Source: Alphaproteobacteria bacterium UBA830
GTDB lineage: Bacteria > Pseudomonadota > Alphaproteobacteria > MPNO01 > UBA830
Assembly: GCA_002295635.1 (NCBI GenBank)
Contig: DBHK01000010.1
Location: 5,926-69,925, forward strand
DNA: 64,000 nt
Direction: 5' to 3'
Position 1 is the stretch's first letter. Every line of letters starts with the position of its first letter. The notes under the pieces are model-generated. The model saw nothing but the letters and a program-made list of their open reading frames with translations, ran no database searches and was not told where the DNA came from. The position numbers and the translations under genes were made by a program. This document shows positions 33,753 through 44,346 of the stretch, in pieces.

Positions 33753-34980
33753 ACGGAATAGCCTTATCTCCGTCTCTGACGCGCAGCGGCGCATCATTGA
33801 TGCATTATCTCCTCTACCCGCTGAGCAGGTGTCTCTCTCTCAGGGTCTTGGGCGGGTGCTCGCGGAAGACGTTGTCTCCCGCCGCAGTCAGCCACCTATG
33901 GCCGTATCCGCAATGGATGGTTACGCCGTCCGCGCCGAAGACGTCGCGGCACTACCGTCAAAACTCAAATTAATCGGTTATGCACCGGCAGGTTACGCCT
34001 ATGACGGGATTGTTGGACCGGGAGAGGCTGTACGGATATTTACAGGGGCGCGTGTACCGGAAGGTGCTGACACAATCGTCATTCAGGAGAATACTGAACA
34101 ATCCGGTGAAAACATCATAGTAATCTGCGGAGAGGCTCCAGCAGGTCGTTTCGTCCGCCCAACCGGTCTAGATTTCGCAATAGGAGACAAGCTGCTGGAA
34201 GCGGGCAAAGCACTGACTGCTCGCGATATCGGCCTGGCGGCGGCGATGAACGTTCCATGGCTAATGGTACATCGCAAACCACGCATCTCTATCCTCGCCA
34301 CCGGTGACGAGATCGTGATGCCTGGCGATCCAATCGGTCGTGAACAGATTGTGAGTTCCAATGCCCTTTCTTTGGCCGCGTTTGTATCAGCATATGGCGG
34401 GGACCCACTCGACCTCGGGATTGCACCGGACGAGGAGGAAGGTCTTCGAACGTTGGCCTCCAGCGCGTCAGGCAGCGATATTCTGGTTACAACCGGTGGT
34501 GCGTCGGTTGGCGATCACGACTTGGTGCAGAGCGCGCTCGGCGATATCGGACTTGAGGTCAACTTCTGGCGGATCGCAATGCGTCCAGGTAAACCGCTGA
34601 TGTTTGGGAATATTGGCAGTACATATTTGATCGGCTTACCCGGCAATCCAGTATCATCGTTGGTATGCGCGATTGTTTTCCTTGCACCCGCGCTACGATG
34701 CCTACTAGGTATGGACGAAGTCCTGCCGAGCACTATTCCAGCGAACCTTGGTAGTGCCTTAACCAAAAATGACGAAAGAGAAGACTACCTTCGGGCGTCA
34801 ATTGAAAAAAACGGCGACGGCAGCCTCATCGCCACCCCTTTCCAGAAGCAGGATAGCTCGATGTTTGCCACCATCGCGCGCGCCGATGCCCTGGTTATCC
34901 GGCCACCGCACGCGCCGGCCTCGAAGATCGGAGATTTGGTTAATATTATTCCTCTTAAAGGAAGCCTTTTCAGTATCTAA
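33733..34980 (+). CDS. moeA: Molybdopterin molybdenumtransferase MoeA (GTG start 33733 or ATG 33739)
   Basis: [32 protein letters not shown] and GLPGNPVS. Confidence 0.95.
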   Translation: MPMGLHERNSLISVSDAQRRIIDALSPLPAEQVSLSQGLGRVLAEDVVSRRSQPPMAVSAMDGYAVRAEDVAALPSKLKLIGYAPAGYAYDGIVGPGEAVRIFTGARVPEGADTIVIQENTEQSGENIIVICGEAPAGRFVRPTGLDFAIGDKLLEAGKALTARDIGLAAAMNVPWLMVHRKPRISILATGDEIVMPGDPIGREQIVSSNALSLAAFVSAYGGDPLDLGIAPDEEEGLRTLASSASGSDILVTTGGASVGDHDLVQSALGDIGLEVNFWRIAMRPGKPLMFGNIGSTYLIGLPGNPVSSLVCAIVFLAPALRCLLGMDEVLPSTIPANLGSALTKNDEREDYLRASIEKNGDGSLIATPFQKQDSSMFATIARADALVIRPPHAPASKIGDLVNIIPLKGSLFSI

Positions 34981-34992
34981 ACTTTGTGATTC

Positions 34993-35046
34993 TTGACCAG
35001 AGACAAGAACTTAAATAAAACCGTCCATAATGTTTATGTTTTGTTC
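34993..35046 (+). promoter_or_regulatory. lexA promoter with two alphaproteobacterial SOS boxes
   Basis: TTGACC (34993)-17-TAAAAC (35016). GAAC-N7-AAAC at 35007-35021 and GTTT-N7-GTTC at 35032-35046 are each one mismatch from the alpha LexA consensus GAAC-N7-GAAC / GTTC-N7-GTTC. Confidence 0.75.
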
Positions 35047-35078
35047 CATTACGGCTTGTGTTTTTTGGGGAAAATAGA

Positions 35079-35780
35079 ATGCTAACTCGCAAACAGCATC
35101 AACTGCTTACCTATATTGACAATAATCTCAATAATAACGGGGTTCCGCCGTCCTACGACGAAATGAAGGACGCACTCAACCTAAAATCTAAGTCAGGGAT
35201 CCACCGTCTGATCACAGCGTTAGAAGAGCGGGGCTTTATACGTCGCCTACCCCATAAAGCGCGCGCATTGGAGGTTCTAAGAAAGCCACAAAACATGGTT
35301 AATGTTCCTCCGGCCACAGGAACTTTCGAGCCTAGGGTTGTTAACGGTACATTGGGCGAAGCAGACGAGCAAAATAAAAATGAGCCACATTCGGCGAATT
35401 CCGTCAGCTTGCCATTCTACGGTAAAATAGCGGCTGGTACACCTATTGAGGCTTTACGCGACAATACGAGGTCCTTTGAAGTGCCCGAGGCGCTGATAGG
35501 CCGCGGTGATCATTACGCGCTTGAGATTGAGGGCGACTCCATGATCGATGCCGGTATTCTCAATGGGGACATCGTACTGATCAACCGAACTGATACAGCC
35601 AACAACGGCGAAATAGTAGTGGCACTGGTCGAGGATCAAGAAGCAACTCTTAAGCGGTTGCGTCGCCGCGGCGCCTCCATCGCGCTTGAGCCAGCTAATC
35701 CCAATCACGAAACTAGAATTTTCGGACCGGACCAGGTCCGCATTCAGGGCCGTTTGGTGGGGCTGGTCCGAAAATATTGA
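35079..35780 (+). CDS. lexA: SOS repressor LexA
   Basis: MLTRKQ, alpha-type [18 protein letters not shown], cleavage site IAAG, catalytic GDSM and ATLK. Confidence 0.96.
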   Translation: MLTRKQHQLLTYIDNNLNNNGVPPSYDEMKDALNLKSKSGIHRLITALEERGFIRRLPHKARALEVLRKPQNMVNVPPATGTFEPRVVNGTLGEADEQNKNEPHSANSVSLPFYGKIAAGTPIEALRDNTRSFEVPEALIGRGDHYALEIEGDSMIDAGILNGDIVLINRTDTANNGEIVVALVEDQEATLKRLRRRGASIALEPANPNHETRIFGPDQVRIQGRLVGLVRKY

Positions 35781-36117
35781 GTCTTAAAAAAAAGACCTAA
35801 TGGTCTTGCCAGCGGCATCAGTAACAGCTTTGACCGATTGCACATCATCTCGAAGATGCCTGATATTAACTCCCGCTTATAACATGGAAGGTCGAGGATG
35901 GGAGCTAGGCGGGAATTCCGAAGACCCCTTTCACTCTTTTACCAAACAACTTCTCGTCCACAAATGGAGCACGGCCTATGTCGATCGTCTTGACCGCGCC
36001 TCCCATGAAGCACTTATGGCCGGCCCAATCTTGGGACTAATTCGATATTTACCCGACAGGGAAATAATGTGTTACACCCGTTCAAATTTTTCACGTTGAA
36101 CTGTCGAGATGAACGCT

Positions 36118-37524
36118 ATGAGCGTCGTTACACGTTTTGCCCCGTCCCCAACAGGTTTTTTACATATTGGTGGCGCCCGCACCGCCTTATTTAACTGGCT
36201 TTACGCGCGGCACATGGGTGGAAAATACCTTCTTAGGATTGAAGATACCGACCGCCAACGATCGACGCCGGAAGCAATCGAAGCAGTTCTTGCCGGGTTG
36301 GACTGGCTAGGTCTTGGCCCGGACGAAGCACCCGTCTACCAATCTTTGCAAAGAAATAGGCATGTGGAGGTGGCGTCCCAACTCCTTGATAACGGGCATG
36401 CATATCGTTGCTATTGCACTCCGGAAGAGCTCGCTCGGATGCGCGAAAAAGCAAAGGAGGAAAAGCGGTCAATACGATATGACGGAACATGGCGTGATCG
36501 CGATCCAGCAGACGCACCTGACGATATTAATCCTGTTATCAGACTCCGTGCCCCGCAGGAGGGCGAAACCATCATCCAAGACGCCGTCCAAGGCTCAGTA
36601 ACCATCGCTAACACTGAGTTAGATGATTTAATTATGCTCCGCGCCGATGGAAGCCCGACTTATATGCTTTCCGTTGTCGTGGACGACCACGATATGGGTG
36701 TTACGCATGCTATAAGAGGTGACGATCACCTAACTAATGCGTTCCGTCAAACGCAGATATTTCAGGCTATGGGGTGGCGAGCCCCGGTATACGCCCATAT
36801 TCCCCTGATCCACGGCCCAGATGGCGCGAAACTATCCAAACGTCACGGAGCTCTTGGTGTCGGCGCGTATAAAGATATGGGCTACTTACCGGAAGCGGTA
36901 TTGAATTATCTGTGCCGACTTGGTTGGAGCCACGGGGATGACGAATTCTTCGAGATGGACAAGGCGGTCTCATGGTTTGATATTGCGGATATTAACAAAG
37001 GGGCCTCCCGGTTGGACTTTGAAAAGTTAGCTAACTTGAATGCCAAATATATTGCTGCCAGCTCAACCGAACGGCTATTAACCCTAATCACACCCGGTAT
37101 TGAAAAGAAGATGAAGAAACCGCTTGATGACGACACTAGACGTCGTCTATCGGAGGGGATGGATTCATTAAAGCCGCGTGCACAGTTGATCTCTCAACTT
37201 GCTGATAAGTCAATGTTTTATTGCTTGCGTCGACCCCTAGAATACTCTGAAAAAGCCGCCAGACTGCTGGATGAGGACGGCAGGTCCCGCCTTTCAGTCT
37301 TGGAGACTAAATTCGCAGCTCTAGACAACTGGACAGCGGATGCCCTCGAAAATTTAGTCAAATCGCACATTGAAGGCAGTGGGGGAAAGCTCAGCGAAAT
37401 CGCACAGCCACTAAGAGCCGCATTAACAGGTACAACGGAGTCGCCGGGTATATTCGAAGTTGCCACAGTTCTTGGGAAAGACGAGACGATCGGACGTATT
37501 AGAGATGCAATTGACCAAGCCTAA
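36118..37524 (+). CDS. gltX: Glutamate--tRNA ligase (ATG 36118; alternative 36109)
   Basis: [19 protein letters not shown] and KLSKRHG. Confidence 0.97.
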   Translation: MSVVTRFAPSPTGFLHIGGARTALFNWLYARHMGGKYLLRIEDTDRQRSTPEAIEAVLAGLDWLGLGPDEAPVYQSLQRNRHVEVASQLLDNGHAYRCYCTPEELARMREKAKEEKRSIRYDGTWRDRDPADAPDDINPVIRLRAPQEGETIIQDAVQGSVTIANTELDDLIMLRADGSPTYMLSVVVDDHDMGVTHAIRGDDHLTNAFRQTQIFQAMGWRAPVYAHIPLIHGPDGAKLSKRHGALGVGAYKDMGYLPEAVLNYLCRLGWSHGDDEFFEMDKAVSWFDIADINKGASRLDFEKLANLNAKYIAASSTERLLTLITPGIEKKMKKPLDDDTRRRLSEGMDSLKPRAQLISQLADKSMFYCLRRPLEYSEKAARLLDEDGRSRLSVLETKFAALDNWTADALENLVKSHIEGSGGKLSEIAQPLRAALTGTTESPGIFEVATVLGKDETIGRIRDAIDQA

Positions 37525-37648
37525 ATCAATTGTGCGGTGCACCGTTTGATTAAACGGGCCAAAAGAGCTATTTATCTGCCAGAAATCGGTAATGCCTTTG
37601 GTTGGATCGCCGAACAACACCTTAAATTGACGTAAGGGATAAACTTAC

Positions 37649-38968
37649 ATGAGTCAGGACGCTGGCAGCAACGCTCCAAAGGAAAGTGTAACGCTGATCG
37701 ACCACTCTACAGGTAAAGAGTTGAATCTGCCGCTTCTGGAAGGTTCGGTCGGACCCAAGGTCATAGATATTCGTAAGCTATACGCCGAACTGGATTACTT
37801 CACGTTCGATCCAGGTTTTATGGCAACTGGAAGCTGTGATTCCAAGATCACCTATATCGACGGAGATGAGGGCGTCCTCCTCTATCGTGGATACCGAATT
37901 GAAGATCTTGCCAAGAACTGTGATTTTCCTGAGGTTTCTTACCTGCTTCTAAAAGGAGAACTGCCTGATTACAATCAGAAAGAAAAGTTCGTGCACGACA
38001 TTACCTATCATACGATGGTTCACGAACAACTTCATAAGTTTTACGACGGTTTCCGCCGCGACGCCCATCCAATGGCTATAATGTGCGGAGTCGTCGGCGG
38101 TTTGGCCGCTTTCTATCACGACTCCACCGATATTTCCGATCCTCGACAGCGGGAAATAGCGTCATACCGATTGATAGCGAAGATGCCGACCATAGCAGCG
38201 TGGGCGTTTAAATATGCGCTGGGCCAACCTTTCATGTACCCGCGCAACGATCTTTCATACGCGGCTGACTTCATCCAGATGATGTTCGCGACTCCTTGTG
38301 AGGAATATGCAGTTAGTCCCACAATCGAACGCGCAATGGACCGGATTTTAACCTTACACGCTGATCATGAACAGAATGCTTCTACTTCGACGGTGCGACT
38401 TGCGGGATCTTCGGGCGCCAACCCGTTCGCCTGTATAGCAGCGGGAATAGCCAGCCTTTGGGGTCCCGCCCATGGCGGAGCGAACGAGGCGGTCCTAAAA
38501 ATGCTTAACGAAATAGGTGACGTAAAAAATATTCCTGAATACGTGAAAAGGGCGAAGGATAAAGATGATCCGTTCCGACTGATGGGATTTGGTCACCGTG
38601 TTTATAAGAACTTCGATCCTCGCGCGACTCTTATGCGCGAAACATGCCACGAGGTCCTTTCAGAGTTAGGAATCAAAGATGAACCGCTACTCGAGCTAGC
38701 TATGGAACTAGAAAAAATCGCGCTAGAGGATGAGTATTTCGTTGAGCGAAAGCTCTACCCGAATGTGGACTTCTATTCCGGAATCATATTAAAGGCTATT
38801 GGCATTCCTGAAACCATGTTCACTGTATTGTTCGCCGTGGCACGCACAGTTGGCTGGGTATCACAGTGGAACGAAATGATCGAAGACCCCGGTCAGAAAA
38901 TTGGTAGGCCTCGGCAATTGTACATTGGCTCAACCGAACGCAGTTTCGTCGAACTGTCCCAGCGTTAA
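37649..38968 (+). CDS. gltA: Citrate synthase (type II)
   Basis: [22 protein letters not shown] and PNVDFYSG. Confidence 0.98.
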   Translation: MSQDAGSNAPKESVTLIDHSTGKELNLPLLEGSVGPKVIDIRKLYAELDYFTFDPGFMATGSCDSKITYIDGDEGVLLYRGYRIEDLAKNCDFPEVSYLLLKGELPDYNQKEKFVHDITYHTMVHEQLHKFYDGFRRDAHPMAIMCGVVGGLAAFYHDSTDISDPRQREIASYRLIAKMPTIAAWAFKYALGQPFMYPRNDLSYAADFIQMMFATPCEEYAVSPTIERAMDRILTLHADHEQNASTSTVRLAGSSGANPFACIAAGIASLWGPAHGGANEAVLKMLNEIGDVKNIPEYVKRAKDKDDPFRLMGFGHRVYKNFDPRATLMRETCHEVLSELGIKDEPLLELAMELEKIALEDEYFVERKLYPNVDFYSGIILKAIGIPETMFTVLFAVARTVGWVSQWNEMIEDPGQKIGRPRQLYIGSTERSFVELSQR

Positions 38969-39014
38969 TTAATTAAAAACGATATTCTTTGCAGGCTATA
39001 TCCTTCTCAAAATC

Positions 39015-39422
39015 TCAGGTTTTTTCGATCAGTTCGATCTTATAACCGTCAGGGTCCTCGATGAAGGCGATAACCGTGGTGCCGTGTTTCATTGGTCCGG
39101 GCGGTCGGGGAATACTGACACCATCTTTTTTCATTTGATCGCATACCGCGTAGATGTCTGGTACAGCCACTGCAAGATGCCCGAATCCGGAACCGTGGGT
39201 ATAGTGCTCTTCCTGATCCCAATTATAGGTCAGCTCAAGAACCGTATGATCGCTCTCATCACCGTATCCCATAAAGATGTTGGTAAATTTTCCGCCCGGA
39301 AAGTCTTTATTGCGCAATACTCTCATTCCTAGGTGCCTGGAATAGAAATCTATCGATTTCTGAGCATCTTTCACGCGTATCATTGTGTGCAATAATCGGA
39401 ATACACCCTTTCCCGAAGTCAT
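39015..39422 (-). CDS. gloA: Lactoylglutathione lyase (glyoxalase I)
   Basis: LLHTMIRV, LELTYNW, GFGHLA and DPDGYKIELIE. Confidence 0.93.
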   Translation of the reverse strand: MTSGKGVFRLLHTMIRVKDAQKSIDFYSRHLGMRVLRNKDFPGGKFTNIFMGYGDESDHTVLELTYNWDQEEHYTHGSGFGHLAVAVPDIYAVCDQMKKDGVSIPRPPGPMKHGTTVIAFIEDPDGYKIELIEKT

Positions 39423-40615
39423 GAAACAATGTCTCCTTGCCTTTCACGTTCGCGCAGAATGGACAATACAACATCCGCGGCAGTTCCGCTCGGAGTACCG
39501 CTTGTTGGCCTCAATCTCTTAAGCGCATCTTCTGTCAACGTTTGCTGGTGTTCAAGAGCGTGCCCGCCAACGATCAGCCCTATGACCGCATCCCCAATTA
39601 GATTCGGGATACATTTATCCTGTATGAACTCCGGCACCACTTCTTGATCGAGGAGAATATTCAATAGGTTCGCATACTTTTGGTTCACACCATGGAGGAT
39701 TTTCACGACCGCAACTGTCAAAGCGTTCATGCGGTAGGCGACCACATGTGGAACTCGAGCCATCGCCAATTCTAGAGAAACAGTGCCAGACGCGGCCATT
39801 GCAACATTCGAGGCTGCAAACGCGTTACATTTACCTTCGACGGTGCCAACAACGATTGTCCTACCCGGCCATTTCTTTGTTTCCCTCGTAACGGTATCTC
39901 TTAAATATGAAACGGTTGGAAACAGGTAAACCGTCTCAGGATATTGATCAGTAATCCGATGCGACGCCGATCTAAAAACTGGTATTAACTTCCGTAATTC
40001 ACCTCTGCGACTTCCGGGTAGAATAGAGACAACATTAGTTTCTTCGTCAATAAAATTGGCCTTACGGAACGCGGAGCCGGCGCCTTGGCCGGCGTTACCC
40101 TCCAATACCGGGTGTCCCACAAAGGTCGTATCAAGCCCCTCCGTTTCAAAGAATGGTGGCTCAAAAGGCATCAATGCCATCAGATGATCCAGTTCTCTGG
40201 CGAATTTCTTCGCGCGGTTTGGACGCCATGCCCAGACAGAGGGAGCAACATAGTGCACTTTGGGTATTTTACTGTTCGTGAGGCCTTTCCAGACTTCGTA
40301 GCAAAAACCTGGGGCGTCGATAGAGACTACGACATCGGGACAATCAGCCAATATCCGCGATACTGTTTCACGGGCGCGCCGCTTGATCAGCGGCAATCTA
40401 GGAACGATTTCTATGAGTCCCATCACCGCGATATCGGAAATCGAGAAAAGGCTTTGGAGACCTTCGTTCGCCATTTCCTCACCACCGATGCCCTCGATAC
40501 GAATATTCCCGTTAGTTCGCTGTTTAAGGGAGTGGACCAAACGGGCACCCAATAGGTCACCGGAAGGCTCGCCAGCAATCAACCAAACAAATGGATTTTC
40601 ATGGCCATTTGGCAT
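39419..40615 (-). CDS. lpxB: Lipid-A-disaccharide synthase
   Basis: AGEPSGD, YVAPSVWAWR, FVGHP, LPGSR and SGT..LE. Confidence 0.96.
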   Translation of the reverse strand: MPNGHENPFVWLIAGEPSGDLLGARLVHSLKQRTNGNIRIEGIGGEEMANEGLQSLFSISDIAVMGLIEIVPRLPLIKRRARETVSRILADCPDVVVSIDAPGFCYEVWKGLTNSKIPKVHYVAPSVWAWRPNRAKKFARELDHLMALMPFEPPFFETEGLDTTFVGHPVLEGNAGQGAGSAFRKANFIDEETNVVSILPGSRRGELRKLIPVFRSASHRITDQYPETVYLFPTVSYLRDTVTRETKKWPGRTIVVGTVEGKCNAFAASNVAMAASGTVSLELAMARVPHVVAYRMNALTVAVVKILHGVNQKYANLLNILLDQEVVPEFIQDKCIPNLIGDAVIGLIVGGHALEHQQTLTEDALKRLRPTSGTPSGTAADVVLSILRERERQGDIVS

Positions 40616-40626
40616 TCAGGGCCTTC

Positions 40627-41451
40627 TCAGGAATCCGGCGTCGCGCCGAACAGATATATACCGGCCGCATCAGCTACACGTACCATTTCGGTACGTTCCA
40701 CCACCAGGGTACGGCCGGCTTCGATAGCGATACCCCGCAGACCAGCATCCGCGACACATTTTACAGTGGAAGGCCCAACCGCTGGCAAATCTATCCGCGG
40801 ATTCTGGTTAGGTTTAGCCGCTTTCACCAACACCCCGCCGGGCAAATCTGAACTTACGAATTCAGCACAGCGGGCGATCATACGGTCTGTTCCCTCAGCA
40901 CCTTCTACACCAATGACAAATCCATTCTGGACAATTGCCGCCTGGCCGATGTCCAACCTTCCAATTTCCCGCACCACCTCCATGCACCGGCGGATATCAG
41001 AAAGATCGTCATCCGTCGGGATTAACTTTCCATAATATCCTGAAGTCGCTAACAAATCTTGTAAGATCTCCTCGGGGCCCACGACATTAAAACCTTCCGC
41101 CTCTTCGAGTTCTCTGACTACGGCAGAGAGAATAGTATCATCTCCAAGCATTCGGGTCCCTACCTTGGCCACGAACCTTGCTGAGCGCACATCCTTCATT
41201 AATTCCAGTAAGCTGGGCCGCGGTATTTTTCCAACGAGAACAAGGTCTTTGATACCCTCCCGGCGGGCACCAGCTAACGCGGTGCTAATCGACGACATCT
41301 TTATCCAATCAACGGGTGCGTCCCCGATAACGGCTCGCTCCGCGCTACCTTCGAACGCGAGAACGAAAAAATCCCTACCAATTTCTCGGCAGGCGGCAAT
41401 TACTTGGCCGGGGAGTGCGCCAGCGCCGGCTATAATACCTAGCTTAGACAC
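40627..41451 (-). CDS. lpxI: UDP-2,3-diacylglucosamine diphosphatase LpxI (GTG start 41451)
   Basis: [25 protein letters not shown] and RIDLP..G; located between lpxA and lpxB. Confidence 0.92.
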   Translation of the reverse strand: MSKLGIIAGAGALPGQVIAACREIGRDFFVLAFEGSAERAVIGDAPVDWIKMSSISTALAGARREGIKDLVLVGKIPRPSLLELMKDVRSARFVAKVGTRMLGDDTILSAVVRELEEAEGFNVVGPEEILQDLLATSGYYGKLIPTDDDLSDIRRCMEVVREIGRLDIGQAAIVQNGFVIGVEGAEGTDRMIARCAEFVSSDLPGGVLVKAAKPNQNPRIDLPAVGPSTVKCVADAGLRGIAIEAGRTLVVERTEMVRVADAAGIYLFGATPDS

Positions 41452-42244
41452 CTTGCTCCGCTTTTGGTTGGCAGATCGCCCGGCTCGAGTCGGAACGGAT
41501 AAAATTAACAATTTCCATTATAGCCTCATGCTCTGAGAAGCTTTCGACAACATCCTCTAGGCGCTCTGACATCGTCCCCTCTTCCGCGAACATAAGACGA
41601 TAGGCCTTGCGTAATGCCGATATATCAGACCTCGAAAAACCCCGTCGTTTAAGGCCTACGATATTAAGCCCGCTTAGTCGCGCTCGATCACCCATAACTG
41701 ACCCATAGGGTATAACGTCATTTTCGACACCGGACATTCCTCCGACCATCGCATGACGGCCTATACGACAGAATTGATGGACTGCCGAAAGGCCGCCAAT
41801 AATTGCATAATTATTTACGGTGACATGCCCCGCAAGCGTCGCGTTATTTGCCATGATAACGTGATTACCGACCTGACAGTCGTGCGCTACGTGAGAACTC
41901 ATCATAAAGAGGCAATTGTTTCCAATGGTGGTGACCATCCCGCCACCTTCAGTGCCAGGATTTACTGTCACATGCTCACGAAAGATGTTGTTGGCTCCAA
42001 TCACCAGCGTAGAGGGTTCCCCGTGGTATTTCATATCTTGCGGATGGGAACCGATGGATGCGAAGGGATATACCCTGCAATTAGGGCCAATCTGTGTCCG
42101 ACCATCCAAAACAACATGGGATAAGATCTCGCAACCATCACCCAACTCTACATCCCTATGGATAATGCAATACGGACCAATAGAAACCCCTTCACCGAGT
42201 TTGGTTCCGGGATCGACAATTGCTGTTGGATGAATATCGGTCAT
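41444..42244 (-). CDS. lpxA: UDP-GlcNAc O-acyltransferase
   Basis: Hexapeptide repeats, PQD.K, HVAHDC, LAGHV and HQF. Confidence 0.96.
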   Translation of the reverse strand: MTDIHPTAIVDPGTKLGEGVSIGPYCIIHRDVELGDGCEILSHVVLDGRTQIGPNCRVYPFASIGSHPQDMKYHGEPSTLVIGANNIFREHVTVNPGTEGGGMVTTIGNNCLFMMSSHVAHDCQVGNHVIMANNATLAGHVTVNNYAIIGGLSAVHQFCRIGRHAMVGGMSGVENDVIPYGSVMGDRARLSGLNIVGLKRRGFSRSDISALRKAYRLMFAEEGTMSERLEDVVESFSEHEAIMEIVNFIRSDSSRAICQPKAEQGV

Positions 42245-42250
42245 ATGGAT

Positions 42251-42721
42251 TCAATCGTTCATGATCATGGCTGCGTATGTCGCTTCTGCAACTATCTTAT
42301 TATCGACTTTGGCTTCTCCATTGAATTTCCATACATTTCCTCGGCTGCGGAGCTTCGTAACCTCAACACGGAGCTGATCTCCGGGTTCTACCGGTTTCCT
42401 GAATCGTGCTCCGTCAACCGACATGAAATAAACCAGCTTACCCTCCGCTTCCGTTCCAAGTGTATTAACTACAAAAACTGCCGCCGTCTGCGCCATGGCC
42501 TCAATTATGAGTACACCCGGCATGACAGGTCTCTCCGGAAAATGACCAGCGAAGAAAGGTTCATTGATGGTGACGTTTTTCACACCTGTCGCTTTAACGC
42601 CTGGAACGATGTCGACAACGCGATCGATCATTAAAAACGGGTAGCGATGCGGGATCATCTCCATGATACGATGAACATCGATCTCGCCCACGACGGTGGA
42701 ACTGGTTTCCGACGTGTCCAT
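42251..42721 (-). CDS. fabZ: 3-hydroxyacyl-ACP dehydratase
   Basis: PHRYPFL and GHFP..PVMPGVL..EAMAQ. Confidence 0.96.
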   Translation of the reverse strand: MDTSETSSTVVGEIDVHRIMEMIPHRYPFLMIDRVVDIVPGVKATGVKNVTINEPFFAGHFPERPVMPGVLIIEAMAQTAAVFVVNTLGTEAEGKLVYFMSVDGARFRKPVEPGDQLRVEVTKLRSRGNVWKFNGEAKVDNKIVAEATYAAMIMND

Positions 42722-43750
42722 TTACCTTTCCTTCTTTTGAACCAAACGCGAGAGCGCCGCTATCTGGCGAAAAAACTGCTTCATTGGCACAGCGGGGCTT
42801 CCCGCCACCGTATCACCCGCTTGAATATTGCGCATAACACCCGAGCAAGCTGCTATTCGGGCCCCATTTTCGACCTTCAAATGGCCTGAAATCGCTGTTT
42901 GCCCGCCGATTTGAACACCATCACCAATCTTTGTACTTCCTGCGATTCCGACTTGGGCAACAACAACACAAAATTGGCCGATCTCCACGTTGTGCCCGAT
43001 CTGTACAAGATTATCAATCCTCGTCCCCGAACCGATCACCGTATCAGGCACCGCTCCCCGATCGATTGTTGTATTAGCACCGATTTCAACAGCATCGCCA
43101 ATAATAACGCGACCGACTTGGGGAACACTTAACGGACCATCCGACGCCACGGCAAAACCAAACCCTGGCTCCCCAATACGCGCTCCGGCATAAATCACCA
43201 CATCATCACCAATGACCGAAAAACGTATACTGGCATTTGGCCCAATACGACAGTTCTTACCAATGCTCACGCCGCTTCCGATATAGGCGTTTGCCGCGAT
43301 GTAACAGTTAGAGCCAATCTGCGCATTTGGACCGACGACCGCTCCTACTCCAACTATCGTTCCGTTCCCGAGAATAGCAGACGGATGGACACGCTCCTCG
43401 TCTGACCTCGGGTAATACGTCTCATCCCAATCCGGGTGAAATGCGGTGGCGATCCGCGCATAAGCAAGGTACGGGTTATCTGATGCAAGGATAGCTGTAT
43501 CTGCGGGTACCAAATCCAAATTATTCACCCGAATGATGCAGCAACCTGCGCGTGTGGTTTGAAGATGTTCTCTGTATAGTCTGTTATCCAGAAAACTAAC
43601 GTCGGTCGCACGAGCATCATGAAGGGCAGCAACATTCTTAAAATTGGCTGATGTTTTCCCCGGACGGACCACCTCTGCACCCGACAGCGAAGAGAGTTCT
43701 TCGATTGAGAACGGTCCACGCGGTGAGAAAAACCGTTTATCGGGTGCCAT
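42722..43750 (-). CDS. lpxD: UDP-3-O-acylglucosamine N-acyltransferase
   Basis: NPYLAYA, GFGF, IDRG and IDNLVQIGHN. Confidence 0.95.
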   Translation of the reverse strand: MAPDKRFFSPRGPFSIEELSSLSGAEVVRPGKTSANFKNVAALHDARATDVSFLDNRLYREHLQTTRAGCCIIRVNNLDLVPADTAILASDNPYLAYARIATAFHPDWDETYYPRSDEERVHPSAILGNGTIVGVGAVVGPNAQIGSNCYIAANAYIGSGVSIGKNCRIGPNASIRFSVIGDDVVIYAGARIGEPGFGFAVASDGPLSVPQVGRVIIGDAVEIGANTTIDRGAVPDTVIGSGTRIDNLVQIGHNVEIGQFCVVVAQVGIAGSTKIGDGVQIGGQTAISGHLKVENGARIAACSGVMRNIQAGDTVAGSPAVPMKQFFRQIAALSRLVQKKER

Positions 43751-43752
43751 CT

Positions 43753-44346
43753 CTATTTCTTACCCTTGGCATCGCCCTTTCCAACTAGGCTTAGATCTAT
43801 TTCCACTTTGGGGAGTCGTTCATTCAGGCGTTTCATGATTTCATCTGTGACATCAAGTGATGTTGCTGAAATAAGCACAAAGCGCTTTTCAATCATAAAA
43901 TTTAGATTCTTCTCAGTAGCAACCTGTTGGGCGACGACGATAAGATTTTTAAGAATCTCATTCTTCGTATTGTTAAATGCTCGTTCAAGGGTGCTGCGGC
44001 GTCTTTGAACACTTACCTGGGCTTCGCGAGCCTGTGCACTGAATTTCCTTCGCTTCTGTGCAAAGGTCTCGGGTGCCAAGATAGCCCTCTGACGACTGAG
44101 TTCCTGCTCGGACCGTCGAAGACGTTGCTCCTGAGAACTGACCTGTTTCTGGAATTCCTTTCGCATCCGGTCCACCGTTGGACGGATACTCAGTGATGCC
44201 ATCGACTCTCTCATTACTTTTTGTATATCGACAATTCCAATACTTGGCGCGGGCGTCGCCTGCGCCAATGGATTGGTCGATGTTGCCAGCAGTAAGGCTG
44301 CAGCCACCGTCGGAAGAGTGAATAATTTAAGCATTACATTCATCAA
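43753..44346 (-). CDS. skp: OmpH/Skp periplasmic chaperone
   Basis: Signal peptide, IGIVD, a long coiled coil and DVT..I..RLN; located between bamA and lpxD. Confidence 0.85.
   Translation of the reverse strand: MMNVMLKLFTLPTVAAALLLATSTNPLAQATPAPSIGIVDIQKVMRESMASLSIRPTVDRMRKEFQKQVSSQEQRLRRSEQELSRQRAILAPETFAQKRRKFSAQAREAQVSVQRRRSTLERAFNNTKNEILKNLIVVAQQVATEKNLNFMIEKRFVLISATSLDVTDEIMKRLNERLPKVEIDLSLVGKGDAKGKK

Noticed and set aside
35800-36099. 99-aa + strand ORF between lexA and gltX
   Set aside because: No RBS or recognisable domain; treated as non-coding, although a small protein cannot be excluded.
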